A program made the position numbers and the translations under genes. The notes under the pieces are model-generated. The model saw nothing but the letters and a program-made list of their open reading frames with translations, made no database searches and was not told where the DNA came from. Positions 29,863 to 39,078 of a stretch of 64,000 bases of DNA are shown piece by piece (position 1 is the stretch's first letter; each line of letters starts with the position of its first letter). This stretch comes from Deinococcales bacterium. Lineage in GTDB: Bacteria > Deinococcota > Deinococci > Deinococcales > JAAFIG01. The stretch lies in NCBI GenBank assembly GCA_043775825.1, contig JAYVRX010000047.1, forward strand, positions 7,027-71,026, given 5' to 3'.

Positions 29863-32315
29863 GGTTCAAACCGAAGTTGGTCACCACCAAAGAATCGAAA
29901 GTAAATTCGACCCGCATCAATGACAAAGCCGCTGCTCGAGCCAGATTGTAAGGCGCTTAAGCTTGTGGCAGCATTGATTTGAGTCCAGGTTGCAGGATCG
30001 TTGTCGCAAGAATCACCACGCTGACAACGCCTGATTTTAAAGCTGACGCTTGGGGCGGGGGCGCTGACGGTCAAACTTCGGCTTGCCCAGGCAGGGTCGT
30101 AAACTGCACTTTTACCACCCACCTGTGGTGCTTCGGACAGATCACCGACGCTTAAACCAAGGTTGACGTAAGCCAGTTTCTCGAGCGCGTAAACGTTCGT
30201 GTCGCCAGTATTTTTGACGTTTTTGACCTCGAGCCTGTAGGTTTTGCCAGGTGTAACATAAGACACCCAGCGAAAATGATTCGGCGTGACACGGTTGTTG
30301 TCCTCGTCGCGGACGACATCAATACGCCAATTCAGATTGCTGAAACCAGGGTCGGTTGGGTAGGTCACGCCGAGGGTACGGTAATCAAAATTGGGACAGA
30401 TCGCCAACCCAAGCGCCGCGCGTTTCTCGCATTCCTGGCTGACCAAACCAAAGGAATTATCGCTCGAGTTTGGATTGTAATGAACCAAGGTTTTTGGCGT
30501 GCTCGAGCCGCTCATTGAACCGTCAATATCGCGGTTGATACTGTCGCCGCAACCCGCTTGAGGGTCGGAGTCAATCATTTTTGAACCCGTAGCACTAAAA
30601 CGCGGGTATTCGATACCGCAAGTCAATGTTCTGGCAACCGTGCGCCCATCCTTAAAATTGATCCAAGTCACCCGTTCTGCGTTGGCAAATCCGCCGTATG
30701 CGAACATTCCCGTTTCGCCCCATTCGCTGCTCGAGTCGAGATTGGCGCTGCGGCTGACGACCACCGAATCGCGCAAACCAATCTGCGAGATGGCTTTGCC
30801 ATTGTCGGCAAGGATCGAATCGCTGGTGACGCCGCGCCCCGCCGTTTCGATGGCTCGAGCGTTCTTGTAAGCGGTCACGTGTGTGAAGTTTAGAACGCCA
30901 TCTTGACTTGGGACAAAACCATCGGTGTGCCAAACCGCCCAAGTGTCTGATTCCGTATTTGGCAAACGTTCACTCAAATGCGAGTGAACGGTGTTGAAGT
31001 CAAACTTTAGGTTTGGTTTGGTGGCATTTGCACCATCTAAAAAACTTAGGTCAAACCAAAATCCCGCGTAATCTCCTCCAGCCGAAACGTTATTCGTGAC
31101 CGTGACCGCCGCCGTTCGCAACCAAAATCCTGCGGCAGCTTTATCTTGTTGGTCTTTCAAACCATCCACCGTAAACGTGGCAGGACGCGGCAAGATCGCC
31201 AAGTTTCGCGTTAATGTATTGCCTTTTTCCGAACCATCCTCGAGCGCAAACGCATGACCTGGCGTTTTAAAAACCACGTTGTTCTCGAGGCGCACACTGT
31301 CCGAGCCGTGAATCACCACACCGCGCTGAAGCGAGTCGTGAATGCTCGAGTTCTCTAGAAAATCGTTGCTGCTATCGCCATTTTGATGCCAGTGAATTGG
31401 GTAACGCCCCAGGTGATTAAACTGTCCCATGCGTCTGAATTCGACACCCCTGATCTTGGCGCTCGAGCGATTGTCAGGGTTCGTTTCGCGTGTGCTTGTA
31501 CTTGCGCCCATGACCATGACATGCCCGCCGAGTTGACTCGAGGTTGACGCGTCATCGCCCTGAATCACAATGTTGCGACTGAGCAAACCCACCTCAGCGC
31601 GTTCGTCCAAGGTTTTGCCATCAAAGGTTTGCAATTGCCCAAAATGCGCGAACGATAATGGTTTATCCAAGGTCATGCTCGCCCCTGCAACCGCCGTGAT
31701 CGTGCGCTCCTCAGCCTCTTCTGGATTCATACTGCTCGAGGTCAGGACAATTTTTTCACCAACCCGCCAGTCCACATTTTCTTTTAACGTGATTGTACTT
31801 GCACCCTGCGCCGCACTGACGCCGAGTTGTGACCATGACACGCGGTTCTCGCCAATGATCTCGAGCTTGCCGCCCATCATCGCGCCCAGAAATTTTGTTC
31901 CCATGCCCATGATGTTCTCGGAGGCATCAGCACCCTTGAGCGTGATCGTTAGGCGCTTGGTGAACGCCCCACCGTTCTGACTGACCTGAAACACCCCAGG
32001 TCCATGCACCATGATATGACCCGCAGACAACTCGAGGTCTTTGTTCATTACCGTTAATGCCCCGTAAACCGTAATGTTTCGCACATCCACATTCATGTCC
32101 AAGACAACGGTTTTGCCCTGCGGAATGGTGACGCTCGAGTTGATGTCTGGGATTTTGCCACCCCAGGTGGCAGGGTCAGACCAGTTTGTGCCGGCGCCAA
32201 CGGGTGTGATTGGAACAGGCAAAATAGAAGTGTTTTGATTGCAGCCAGCCAGCGCAATAAGCCCCGTAAAAATCAAAGTGAGCCGTTTGAATCCTCGGCG
32301 GTAAATGTTTCGCAT
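29859..32315 (-). CDS. Secreted lipoprotein with G8 domain and parallel beta-helix repeats
   Basis: Lipobox IALAGC. WSDPATWGGKIPDINSSVTIPQGKTVVLD is a G8-domain start, followed by PbH1-like repeats. ATGA overlap with the downstream gene. SD aaaggag before ATG 32315. Confidence 0.8.
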   Translation of the reverse strand: MRNIYRRGFKRLTLIFTGLIALAGCNQNTSILPVPITPVGAGTNWSDPATWGGKIPDINSSVTIPQGKTVVLDMNVDVRNITVYGALTVMNKDLELSAGHIMVHGPGVFQVSQNGGAFTKRLTITLKGADASENIMGMGTKFLGAMMGGKLEIIGENRVSWSQLGVSAAQGASTITLKENVDWRVGEKIVLTSSSMNPEEAEERTITAVAGASMTLDKPLSFAHFGQLQTFDGKTLDERAEVGLLSRNIVIQGDDASTSSQLGGHVMVMGASTSTRETNPDNRSSAKIRGVEFRRMGQFNHLGRYPIHWHQNGDSSNDFLENSSIHDSLQRGVVIHGSDSVRLENNVVFKTPGHAFALEDGSEKGNTLTRNLAILPRPATFTVDGLKDQQDKAAAGFWLRTAAVTVTNNVSAGGDYAGFWFDLSFLDGANATKPNLKFDFNTVHSHLSERLPNTESDTWAVWHTDGFVPSQDGVLNFTHVTAYKNARAIETAGRGVTSDSILADNGKAISQIGLRDSVVVSRSANLDSSSEWGETGMFAYGGFANAERVTWINFKDGRTVARTLTCGIEYPRFSATGSKMIDSDPQAGCGDSINRDIDGSMSGSSTPKTLVHYNPNSSDNSFGLVSQECEKRAALGLAICPNFDYRTLGVTYPTDPGFSNLNWRIDVVRDEDNNRVTPNHFRWVSYVTPGKTYRLEVKNVKNTGDTNVYALEKLAYVNLGLSVGDLSEAPQVGGKSAVYDPAWASRSLTVSAPAPSVSFKIRRCQRGDSCDNDPATWTQINAATSLSALQSGSSSGFVIDAGRIYFRFFGGDQLRFEP

Positions 32316-32450
32316 TGTTGCTCCTTTGAATGGGGTACATCCCACTGTGAAAGTCAATCTTGCAAACTATACGTTGCGCTCGAGTGGAAACCGTGTGTAA
32401 ATAATTTGTGTGTAAAATGTGCCCAAGCAAGCCTAAGCCGCTGGAGACGT

Positions 32451-32495
32451 GGCAAAGCTCGAGCTTCGGGAGTTGCACCTGTGAAGTTGGGTTAA
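32451..32495 (+). pseudogene. Orphan duplicate of the nagZ-like gene 3' end
   Basis: ggcaaagctcgagcttcgggagttgcacctgtgaagttgggttaa encodes GKARASGVAPVKLG*. The gene end at 27855-27899 encodes GEARATGVVPVKLG*. Identity is 34/45 nt and 11/14 aa. Confidence 0.65.
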
Positions 32496-32499
32496 ATGT

Positions 32500-32949
32500 T
32501 TACCTCTGATATTCTTGATATTTTTGGTCGTGAAAATCGTTTTTATTTATTGGTGCATTAACTACTACACGAATAAGTTCATGAAACCAGCCGTAAGAAA
32601 TCTTTAAAATTTTTTCAGGAGCACCACCTGCTCTAATGCCTACAGAACCCAAGGTACTGTCAGGCATAAATTTAATATCATTTGGTAAACCACCCTCGTG
32701 AACAAGCTCACACCGAAACCATTTATAGAAAATATGATAAGCAGGATGAATTCCATCAAGATACTCGACGCTGACACGTTGAAAAATACCTTGTTGGAGA
32801 AAATCTTCAAAAGCATCTTTATCGCCTTTCTTCGGGAAGAGCAGCTTTGAAGTTCCAGCAACAGCAACCAGTGCTGAAAGAAATGCTCCTTCAAAACGGT
32901 CATTACTCCATAAAAATAACGCATCATCTATTCGGTTGCGAATGCTCAT
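32500..32949 (-). CDS. Hypothetical protein (149 aa), AT-rich, no CTCGAG
   Basis: ATG 32949 with SD aagggga. No family recognised. Confidence 0.5.
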   Translation of the reverse strand: MSIRNRIDDALFLWSNDRFEGAFLSALVAVAGTSKLLFPKKGDKDAFEDFLQQGIFQRVSVEYLDGIHPAYHIFYKWFRCELVHEGGLPNDIKFMPDSTLGSVGIRAGGAPEKILKISYGWFHELIRVVVNAPINKNDFHDQKYQEYQR

Positions 32950-33029
32950 AAATCCCCTTTCATCTTTCCGTTTAGATGATATTTGCTTTGAAAAGCTACG
33001 CAAAAACTCGGGTGTGATTTGCTTGGATT

Positions 33030-33785
33030 TTACACACCAAGATTCGACAACAACAAACACTTATCGCACTTAAAATCAAAAAACCGATGCAACGGTTTCT
33101 CGAGATACCATTGTCCGCCACACGAAGGGCAAACCCGTTTTTTCTCGAGCGCTAATTTTCCGTTATACGAGCGGTATAGGTGATAGTAAAATGGTTTTCC
33201 TGTTAAAGTCTCGAGCGTTTTACAGTGCGCCCTACCAGCTTTTGAAAGGCTGCTGTTCACATCCGAAATTTGGCGTGTTGCGGCGCGTTCTAGGTTTTGG
33301 CAGTTCATTTGCAACGAATCACAAGATTTGTAATCCGATGCCCAAGAAATCAGTTCGTAGTATTCCTTGCTTGGCATTTTCGGCAGTTTGTAAAGCGGTA
33401 TGGGTTGAAAACAATCCAAGCAATGCACGGGCGATTCTAAAGTGAGGTAATCAGTGTGCAATACGTAAGCACTCGAGTTTTTACAACGACATGGTTTTAA
33501 GCTTTGCGTGTCTTCGGCAAGCATCTGGCTCGAGGTAACAATCTTGTTCTCGTGTAGTTTCTCGAGGGATTGCTTAACGTAAAAACCATTCCATTTTGAT
33601 TTTAGCGAATCGCGCTCTGGGGTCATGACCACAGAAATGTAACGGTTGTTATTAAAGTACAAAGACCATTCACGCCCCGCAACTTGACCGTTCATTCGTA
33701 ACGAGCATAAGTACGCAAATACCATGTCAGAAAGTTCTTCTGAAGGTTTTTTGGGAAGCAAAAATTCGATTTGATGAACAAACAT
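33030..33785 (-). CDS. Zn-ribbon protein with several CxxC pairs (DUF2310-like)
   Basis: VHCLDC..., CPSCGGQWYLEKPLHRFFDFKCDKC. SD aggtgg before ATG 33785. The family assignment is from memory and unverified. Confidence 0.55.
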   Translation of the reverse strand: MFVHQIEFLLPKKPSEELSDMVFAYLCSLRMNGQVAGREWSLYFNNNRYISVVMTPERDSLKSKWNGFYVKQSLEKLHENKIVTSSQMLAEDTQSLKPCRCKNSSAYVLHTDYLTLESPVHCLDCFQPIPLYKLPKMPSKEYYELISWASDYKSCDSLQMNCQNLERAATRQISDVNSSLSKAGRAHCKTLETLTGKPFYYHLYRSYNGKLALEKKRVCPSCGGQWYLEKPLHRFFDFKCDKCLLLSNLGV

Positions 33786-33824
33786 AAAAGCCACCTATGG
33801 TCTTTGATGCTCGAGTTTATCATG

Positions 33825-33848
33825 CCCTATTTTTTGTAGAATCTCGAG
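33825..33848 (+). repeat. Direct repeat copy 1 (decayed duplicate of the GNAT promoter and 5' end)
   Basis: ccctattttttgtagaatctcgag is identical to 34359-34382. Weaker similarity continues for about 50 nt, and the ATG is mutated to ATA. Confidence 0.8.
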
Positions 33849-33925
33849 CAATAACTCAACTCCAATATGCTCGAGATTTTACACTTGAGCTTGTGCTGTT
33901 CGGGCTTTCGCGCTACCATAATCTC

Positions 33926-34207
33926 ATGTCTGATCTGGTGATAGAAACCTTTGGCGGTGAACCATATTCGTATTACCCAATGGGTGAGTACGTTGTGCGT
34001 GCTTTGGGCGTATGTGGCGGCAGACCAACTTTTAAGCATACCCGCATCGAAATTACGGGGGCTTTGGCACGTCTTGCGGCGGGTGAAACGCTTGAAGCAG
34101 TCGTGCAAGGCTATGCAGGTCGTGTCAGCCACGAGGCGGTGCTTGAAGCCAGTGAGATCATGGCTCGAGAATTTTTAAGTCATCTGCCAAAGTTACAAGC
34201 CGCGTGA
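33926..34207 (+). CDS. DUF433-family antitoxin-like protein
   Basis: VVRALGVCGGRPTFKHTRIEITGALARLAAGETLEAVVQGY is the DUF433 signature. Confidence 0.8.
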   Translation: MSDLVIETFGGEPYSYYPMGEYVVRALGVCGGRPTFKHTRIEITGALARLAAGETLEAVVQGYAGRVSHEAVLEASEIMAREFLSHLPKLQAA

Positions 34208-34299
34208 TTGTGCTTGATGAGCAGTTGCTTGGACGAAATCTCGAGCGTTTGATTGATGCGTGGTATCCAGGCGCAGTACGGTTCATTACTGAGCTTTGA
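34204..34299 (+). pseudogene. Short (31-codon) translationally coupled ORF, probable truncated toxin partner
   Basis: GTGA overlap with the DUF433 stop. VIVLDEQLLGRNLERLIDAWYPGAVRFITEL* looks like only the N-terminus of a partner protein. Confidence 0.35.
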
Positions 34300-34358
34300 G
34301 CTTGAAGTGTTCAAAAATTCGAGATTCAGTCTGGCTCTACAGATTTGATCTGATGATT

Positions 34359-34382
34359 CCCTATTTTTTGTAGAATCTCGAG
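34359..34382 (+). promoter_or_regulatory. Direct repeat copy 2, carrying a -10-like TAGAAT 8 nt upstream of the GNAT ATG (leaderless-type promoter)
   Basis: ccctattttttgTAGAATctcgagtaATG. There is no SD between the -10 and the start codon. Confidence 0.55.
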
Positions 34383-34384
34383 TA

Positions 34385-35305
34385 ATGACCGACTTTCAAC
34401 CCATGCTCGCGCTTTGGAATACCGCCATGACCGACCCGCGTTTCAAACTGGATTTGGCAGCGCTCGGGTCGCGGTTTTTAAATCCTGATGACACGCACCT
34501 CGAGTTTCTGGATGGTGTGCTGGCGGGTTTTGTTTGCATTGCCAATCCTGCCAAACCGTACCGATTAAACGACACAACTGGGCATCTGCGGCTTCTCGCG
34601 GTGCATCCAGATTTTCAACGTCAAAGCATCGGCTCGAGGCTACTATCTTGGGCGGAAAAAACCTTGAAAGCCCGAGGTGCAACGCGGGTTGTCATTGGCA
34701 CTGAAGCCCATCATTTCTTTCCAGGTATTCCGCTCGATGAACACTTGCCAATCACGCTCGAGATTCGCACGCCAGAAAATGCTTTGCTCGGGTTTTTTGA
34801 GCGGCGCGGTTTTGAAATCTCAAATGGTATCAGCAACGATTTGGCGCGAGAATTGGATGAACTTCCAAAACTCGAGTTGCCCGAAAATGCGCGAATCGTG
34901 CAAGCCGATATTGATTCTGTGCTCGAGTTTGTCCGCCGTGAATTTCCTGGGCGTTGGGTGCACGACACGAACTTTGTCTTGCAGCAAGCCGAGCATCAGC
35001 ATTTGGCGCTCGAGGTTGACGGGCGTGTGATGGGTTTTGCGCTCATCGGCTTGCGTTCCGATCCTATTATCTTGCCCTCGAGTTTGTGGCTGACCGAAGA
35101 TTGCGGACTTGGACCGATGGGCGTCTCGAGTGCTTTGCGCGGGCAGGGTTTGGGTTTTGCGCTGCTGGTTGCCGCCATGCACAAATTGAAAGCCCGAGGT
35201 GGAACGCGCATGGGCATTGATTGGACGGGCGTACAAGGGTTTTATCAGAAGGCTGGATTTGAGGTCGTGCGGCGCTATTGTCACGCGGTCAAATCGCTCG
35301 AGTAA
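34385..35305 (+). CDS. Tandem-GNAT N-acetyltransferase
   Basis: Two acetyl-CoA motifs (RQSIGSRLL, RGQGLGFALL). Confidence 0.8.
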   Translation: MTDFQPMLALWNTAMTDPRFKLDLAALGSRFLNPDDTHLEFLDGVLAGFVCIANPAKPYRLNDTTGHLRLLAVHPDFQRQSIGSRLLSWAEKTLKARGATRVVIGTEAHHFFPGIPLDEHLPITLEIRTPENALLGFFERRGFEISNGISNDLARELDELPKLELPENARIVQADIDSVLEFVRREFPGRWVHDTNFVLQQAEHQHLALEVDGRVMGFALIGLRSDPIILPSSLWLTEDCGLGPMGVSSALRGQGLGFALLVAAMHKLKARGGTRMGIDWTGVQGFYQKAGFEVVRRYCHAVKSLE

Positions 35306-35320
35306 CGTTAGACTGATTTT

Positions 35321-36043
35321 ATGCCCCTGTTGCGCCGTATTACCGCCGCCAATGACCCTGCCATCGCCAGTTTTGGGCAATTGCAAGAACGCACGTACTT
35401 CGAGCCTGACATGCTGATTCCAGCTTCCATCATCGGGCAGATGCTCGAGTGGAGTAATCATGATCGGCAAAATATTTTGTTGGTGCTCGAGAATTCAGGG
35501 CGTGTGGTGGCGGGAACGTTGTTTCATTTTTTACGCAAAACCAATGTTGGTTTCTCGAGTTATTTGGCGGTGGATCAAGATTTTAGGGGGCAGGGTTTGG
35601 CGCGAAAATTGCATCAGGCACGGTTTGACGTGCTAGACGAACTTGCTGGCGGCGAAGTCAAGGGTTTGTTTATTGATGTCGTCAATCCAGATCGTCTTTC
35701 AACGTCCGAACTCGAGTTGGAACACAGCGTTGGTAGCGATCCCAGAATGCGTTTAAAAGCTTTCGCTAGCCTCGGTTTTAAGCGGGTGGACGTGCGGTAC
35801 GAACAACCCGTGGGCGGTGAAAACAGTGGCGCGGTCACGAACATGGATTTATTGTTTTGCCCTCGAGAAATATTGACTTCGATTTCAACAGCGCTTGTGG
35901 TTGAAACGATGCGAACCTACTGGACACCGTGGTTGGGTGCAAAAATGGCGCTGCTCGAGTCAAAGAAATTGGAAACTCGAGCGGGTGGAGAAAACATTGC
36001 GCTCGTCTCTCTCGAACCTGGCTGGCTCGAGGGAGTAACATAA
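35321..36043 (+). CDS. GNAT-family N-acetyltransferase
   Basis: VDQDFRGQGLARKLH acetyl-CoA binding motif. Confidence 0.75.
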   Translation: MPLLRRITAANDPAIASFGQLQERTYFEPDMLIPASIIGQMLEWSNHDRQNILLVLENSGRVVAGTLFHFLRKTNVGFSSYLAVDQDFRGQGLARKLHQARFDVLDELAGGEVKGLFIDVVNPDRLSTSELELEHSVGSDPRMRLKAFASLGFKRVDVRYEQPVGGENSGAVTNMDLLFCPREILTSISTALVVETMRTYWTPWLGAKMALLESKKLETRAGGENIALVSLEPGWLEGVT

Positions 36044-36046
36044 ACC

Positions 36047-36352
36047 ATGCAACATTCAGAGCAGTATTTTCTGCGGCTTTCCGTGAACGACAATGTGCTT
36101 GTGGTGGTGAAAGCCATTCTCGAGGGTCAAGAATTCGAGATTGAGGGTGTGAAAGTCAAAGCTAAGAAAACCATTCCGTTTGGGCACAAGATCGCGGCTC
36201 GAGCGCTAAACGCAGGCGAGAAAATCGTGAAGTTTGGAATGCCGATTGGGTCAACCACGACCACGATTTCGGCGGGTGAGCATGTGCACACGCACAATTT
36301 GCAAAGCGATTACATTCCCAGTTTTGGTCGTCCAGGAGAGGGAGGACACTAA
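36047..36352 (+). CDS. UxaA-family dehydratase, small N-terminal (SAF) subunit
   Basis: VLVVVKAILEGQEF...IPFGHKIA...GEHVHTHN. Confidence 0.85.
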   Translation: MQHSEQYFLRLSVNDNVLVVVKAILEGQEFEIEGVKVKAKKTIPFGHKIAARALNAGEKIVKFGMPIGSTTTTISAGEHVHTHNLQSDYIPSFGRPGEGGH

Positions 36353-37548
36353 TGCAAGCTTACTTACGCAGTGATGGTCGCAAAGGCATTCGCAATGTGA
36401 TTGCGGTGGTGTATTTGGTCGAGTGTGCCCATCATGTCGCCAAGCAAATCGCCGCGCCGTTTGAAGACAACGATGTTCACGTGATCGGTTTTAGTGGTTG
36501 CTACCCGAACACCTACGCGCTCGAGATGATGGAATCACTTTGCACGCACCCGAACGTTGGCGCGGTCTTGTTGGTCAGTTTGGGTTGCGAGAGTTTTAAC
36601 CGCAATCAACTGGCGCAAACGGTACGCTCGAGCGGGCGTCCTGTGGAAGTCTTGGTGATTCAGCAAACGGGTGGCACGCGCAAAACCTTCGAGGCTGGAC
36701 GCGAATGGATTCGCAGCACGTTGGTTGATCTCGAGCGAGTACCACGCGCCCAGATGGGAATGCACGAATTGATTGTCGGCACGGTCTGCGGTGGTTCGGA
36801 CGGCACGAGCGGTATCAGCGCCAATCCTGCGGTGGGCAATGCCTTTGACCGTCTGGTCAATCTGGGCGCGACCACAATTTTTGAAGAAACCGGTGAGTTG
36901 ATCGGCTGCGAGCAAGACATGGTGCGCCGTGCGATCACGCCCGAGCTTGGGCAGGAAATTTTGGCGTGCATGGAAAAAACCGCGAATTATTACAACATTC
37001 TCGGGCATGGCAGTTTTGCCGTGGGCAACGCCGAGGGCGGACTGACGACGCTCGAGGAAAAGAGTTTGGGGGCATATGCCAAGGCGGGTCACGGGGCATT
37101 GCACGGCATCATCAAACCTGGGAACGCGCCGCCCAACCCTGGCTTGTATTTGCTGGATGTGATTCCAGACGGCGAGGTGCGGTTTGGCTTTCCGAACATC
37201 AACGACACCGCCGAAATTGGCGAACTTATTGCCTGCGGTTCGCACGTGATTCTGTTCACCACAGGGCGCGGCAGCGTGGTCGGCAGCGCCATAAGCCCCG
37301 TCATTAAAATTTGTGGCAATCCAGAAACGTATCGCCGCATGAGTGACGACATGGACGTGAATGCGGGCAGGATTCTCGAGGGGCAGGGCACGATTGATGA
37401 GGTTGGACTCGAGATTGTGGAACGGATTCGTTTGACTGCGGAAGGTGAAAAGACGGCTTCTGAAAGTTTGGGACACCGCGAGTTTGTGCTGACGTACAAA
37501 AGTTTTGAACCGATTGGACCGAGTTGTTTACCACTCGCCTTGGCGTAG
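36352..37548 (+). CDS. UxaA-family (altronate/galactarate-type) dehydratase, large subunit
   Basis: GYLRSDGRKGIRN-like start, with GCES and TTGRG motifs. TAATG overlap with the small subunit. Confidence 0.88.
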   Translation: MQAYLRSDGRKGIRNVIAVVYLVECAHHVAKQIAAPFEDNDVHVIGFSGCYPNTYALEMMESLCTHPNVGAVLLVSLGCESFNRNQLAQTVRSSGRPVEVLVIQQTGGTRKTFEAGREWIRSTLVDLERVPRAQMGMHELIVGTVCGGSDGTSGISANPAVGNAFDRLVNLGATTIFEETGELIGCEQDMVRRAITPELGQEILACMEKTANYYNILGHGSFAVGNAEGGLTTLEEKSLGAYAKAGHGALHGIIKPGNAPPNPGLYLLDVIPDGEVRFGFPNINDTAEIGELIACGSHVILFTTGRGSVVGSAISPVIKICGNPETYRRMSDDMDVNAGRILEGQGTIDEVGLEIVERIRLTAEGEKTASESLGHREFVLTYKSFEPIGPSCLPLALA

Positions 37549-37638
37549 TAAAAACTTATATCTCGAGAAATCGAAAGCATTTTAGGGTTGAATTCAGGTA
37601 AGCTCGAGAAACTAGAAATTCCTTGGAGGAGCAACATC

Positions 37639-39078
37639 ATGACAGCCACACTCGAGTTTCAAGGGCAGACCAAAGCACTCATTGGATCAGGTTGGGTCAA
37701 TGCAGCCAGCACGTATCCACTCACCAGTCCATCCATGGGGCAAGTCATCGCGCATGTTGCAGATTGTGGAGTTCTTGAGGCTCGAGACGCGCTCGAGGCA
37801 ACCGTCAGCGCCTTTGAAACTTGGCGCAACACCACGGCGTATGAGCGGTCTGCGCTGATGAAGAAATGGTTCGCGCTGATGATTCGTGATGAGCAAGAAA
37901 TTGCACGTTTGATTGCGCTCGAGATGGGCAAACCTGTTTCCGAGGCGCTGGGCGAGGTACGTTACGCCGCCAGTTTTATCGAGTGGTACGCCGAGGAAGC
38001 CAAACGCGTGTACGGCGAGATCATTCCAAGTCAGTTTGGGCATAAGCGCTTGTTTGCGAGTAAGCACCCCGTTGGTCCTGTGTATGCGGTCACGCCCTGG
38101 AATTTTCCGGCGGCAATGCTGACCCGCAAAGTTGCCCCTGCACTCGCGGCGGGTTGTACCTTCGTGCTCAAACCCGCCGAGCAAAGCCCGTTAACCGCCT
38201 TAAAGCTTGCGGAACTCTGGCTCGAGGCTGGCGGGGCTGCGGGGGTCTTCCAGGTGCTGCCTTGCGCCGATCCAATCGCGGTGTCAAAAGTCTTTATGGA
38301 AGACTCGAGAATCCGCAAGATCACGTTCACGGGTTCGACTGAAGTGGGTCGGATTCTGACCAAGCAAAGTGCGGACACTTTAAAACGCGTTTCGATGGAA
38401 CTCGGCGGTCATGCGCCGTTTATTGTCTTCGATGATGCGGATATTGAACAAGCCGTCAAAGATGTGATCGCCTGCAAATTCCGTAACGCGGGACAAACCT
38501 GCGTTTGCACCAACCGTGTTTACGTCCAACGCGGCATTCTCGAGACGTTCACCGCAAAACTTGCTAGTGCAGTCTCGAGTTTAAAAGTTGGTGATTCGCT
38601 CGACGCCAGCACTCAAATTGGACCACTCGTGGACGCGCAAGGACTGGCGAAAGTCAAGGCGCACGTTGCGGATGCCCTATCACACGGTGCAACTGCTGTG
38701 ACTGGCGGCGCAGCACTCGAGGGGTTGTACTTCCAACCAACTGTGCTTGCTGGCGTAACCGAAGACATGCTGGTGATGCGCGAAGAAACTTTTGGACCCA
38801 TCGCACCCGTGATTGTCTTTGACACCGAAAGCGAGGTTTTACACGCCGCCAACAACACCCCATTTGGTCTGGCAGCTTACCTCTGGACTAAGGATTTATC
38901 TCGAGCCATGCGGGTTTCAGAAAAACTCGAGTATGGGATTATTGGACTGAACGATCCAATCCCAAGCACCGCCCAAGCGCCATTTGGTGGCATTAAGCAA
39001 AGCGGTTTTGGTCGTGAGGGTGGGCATTTTGGCATTGAAGAATATTTGTATGTGAAATACGTTTCAATGGTGATTTAA
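37639..39078 (+). CDS. NAD(P)-dependent aldehyde / succinate-semialdehyde dehydrogenase
   Basis: ALDH motifs FTGST, ELGG, catalytic GQTCVC, and EEYLYVKY at the end. SD ggagga before ATG 37639. Confidence 0.9.
   Translation: MTATLEFQGQTKALIGSGWVNAASTYPLTSPSMGQVIAHVADCGVLEARDALEATVSAFETWRNTTAYERSALMKKWFALMIRDEQEIARLIALEMGKPVSEALGEVRYAASFIEWYAEEAKRVYGEIIPSQFGHKRLFASKHPVGPVYAVTPWNFPAAMLTRKVAPALAAGCTFVLKPAEQSPLTALKLAELWLEAGGAAGVFQVLPCADPIAVSKVFMEDSRIRKITFTGSTEVGRILTKQSADTLKRVSMELGGHAPFIVFDDADIEQAVKDVIACKFRNAGQTCVCTNRVYVQRGILETFTAKLASAVSSLKVGDSLDASTQIGPLVDAQGLAKVKAHVADALSHGATAVTGGAALEGLYFQPTVLAGVTEDMLVMREETFGPIAPVIVFDTESEVLHAANNTPFGLAAYLWTKDLSRAMRVSEKLEYGIIGLNDPIPSTAQAPFGGIKQSGFGREGGHFGIEEYLYVKYVSMVI

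Noticed and set aside
27900-32495. The beta-helix cassette as a recent foreign genomic island.
   Set aside because: Its CTCGAG density (about 30 sites in 4.4 kb) and its GC look native, and no integrase, tRNA target or IS is present. It is kept only as an old or intra-lineage rearrangement marked by the duplicated nagZ end.
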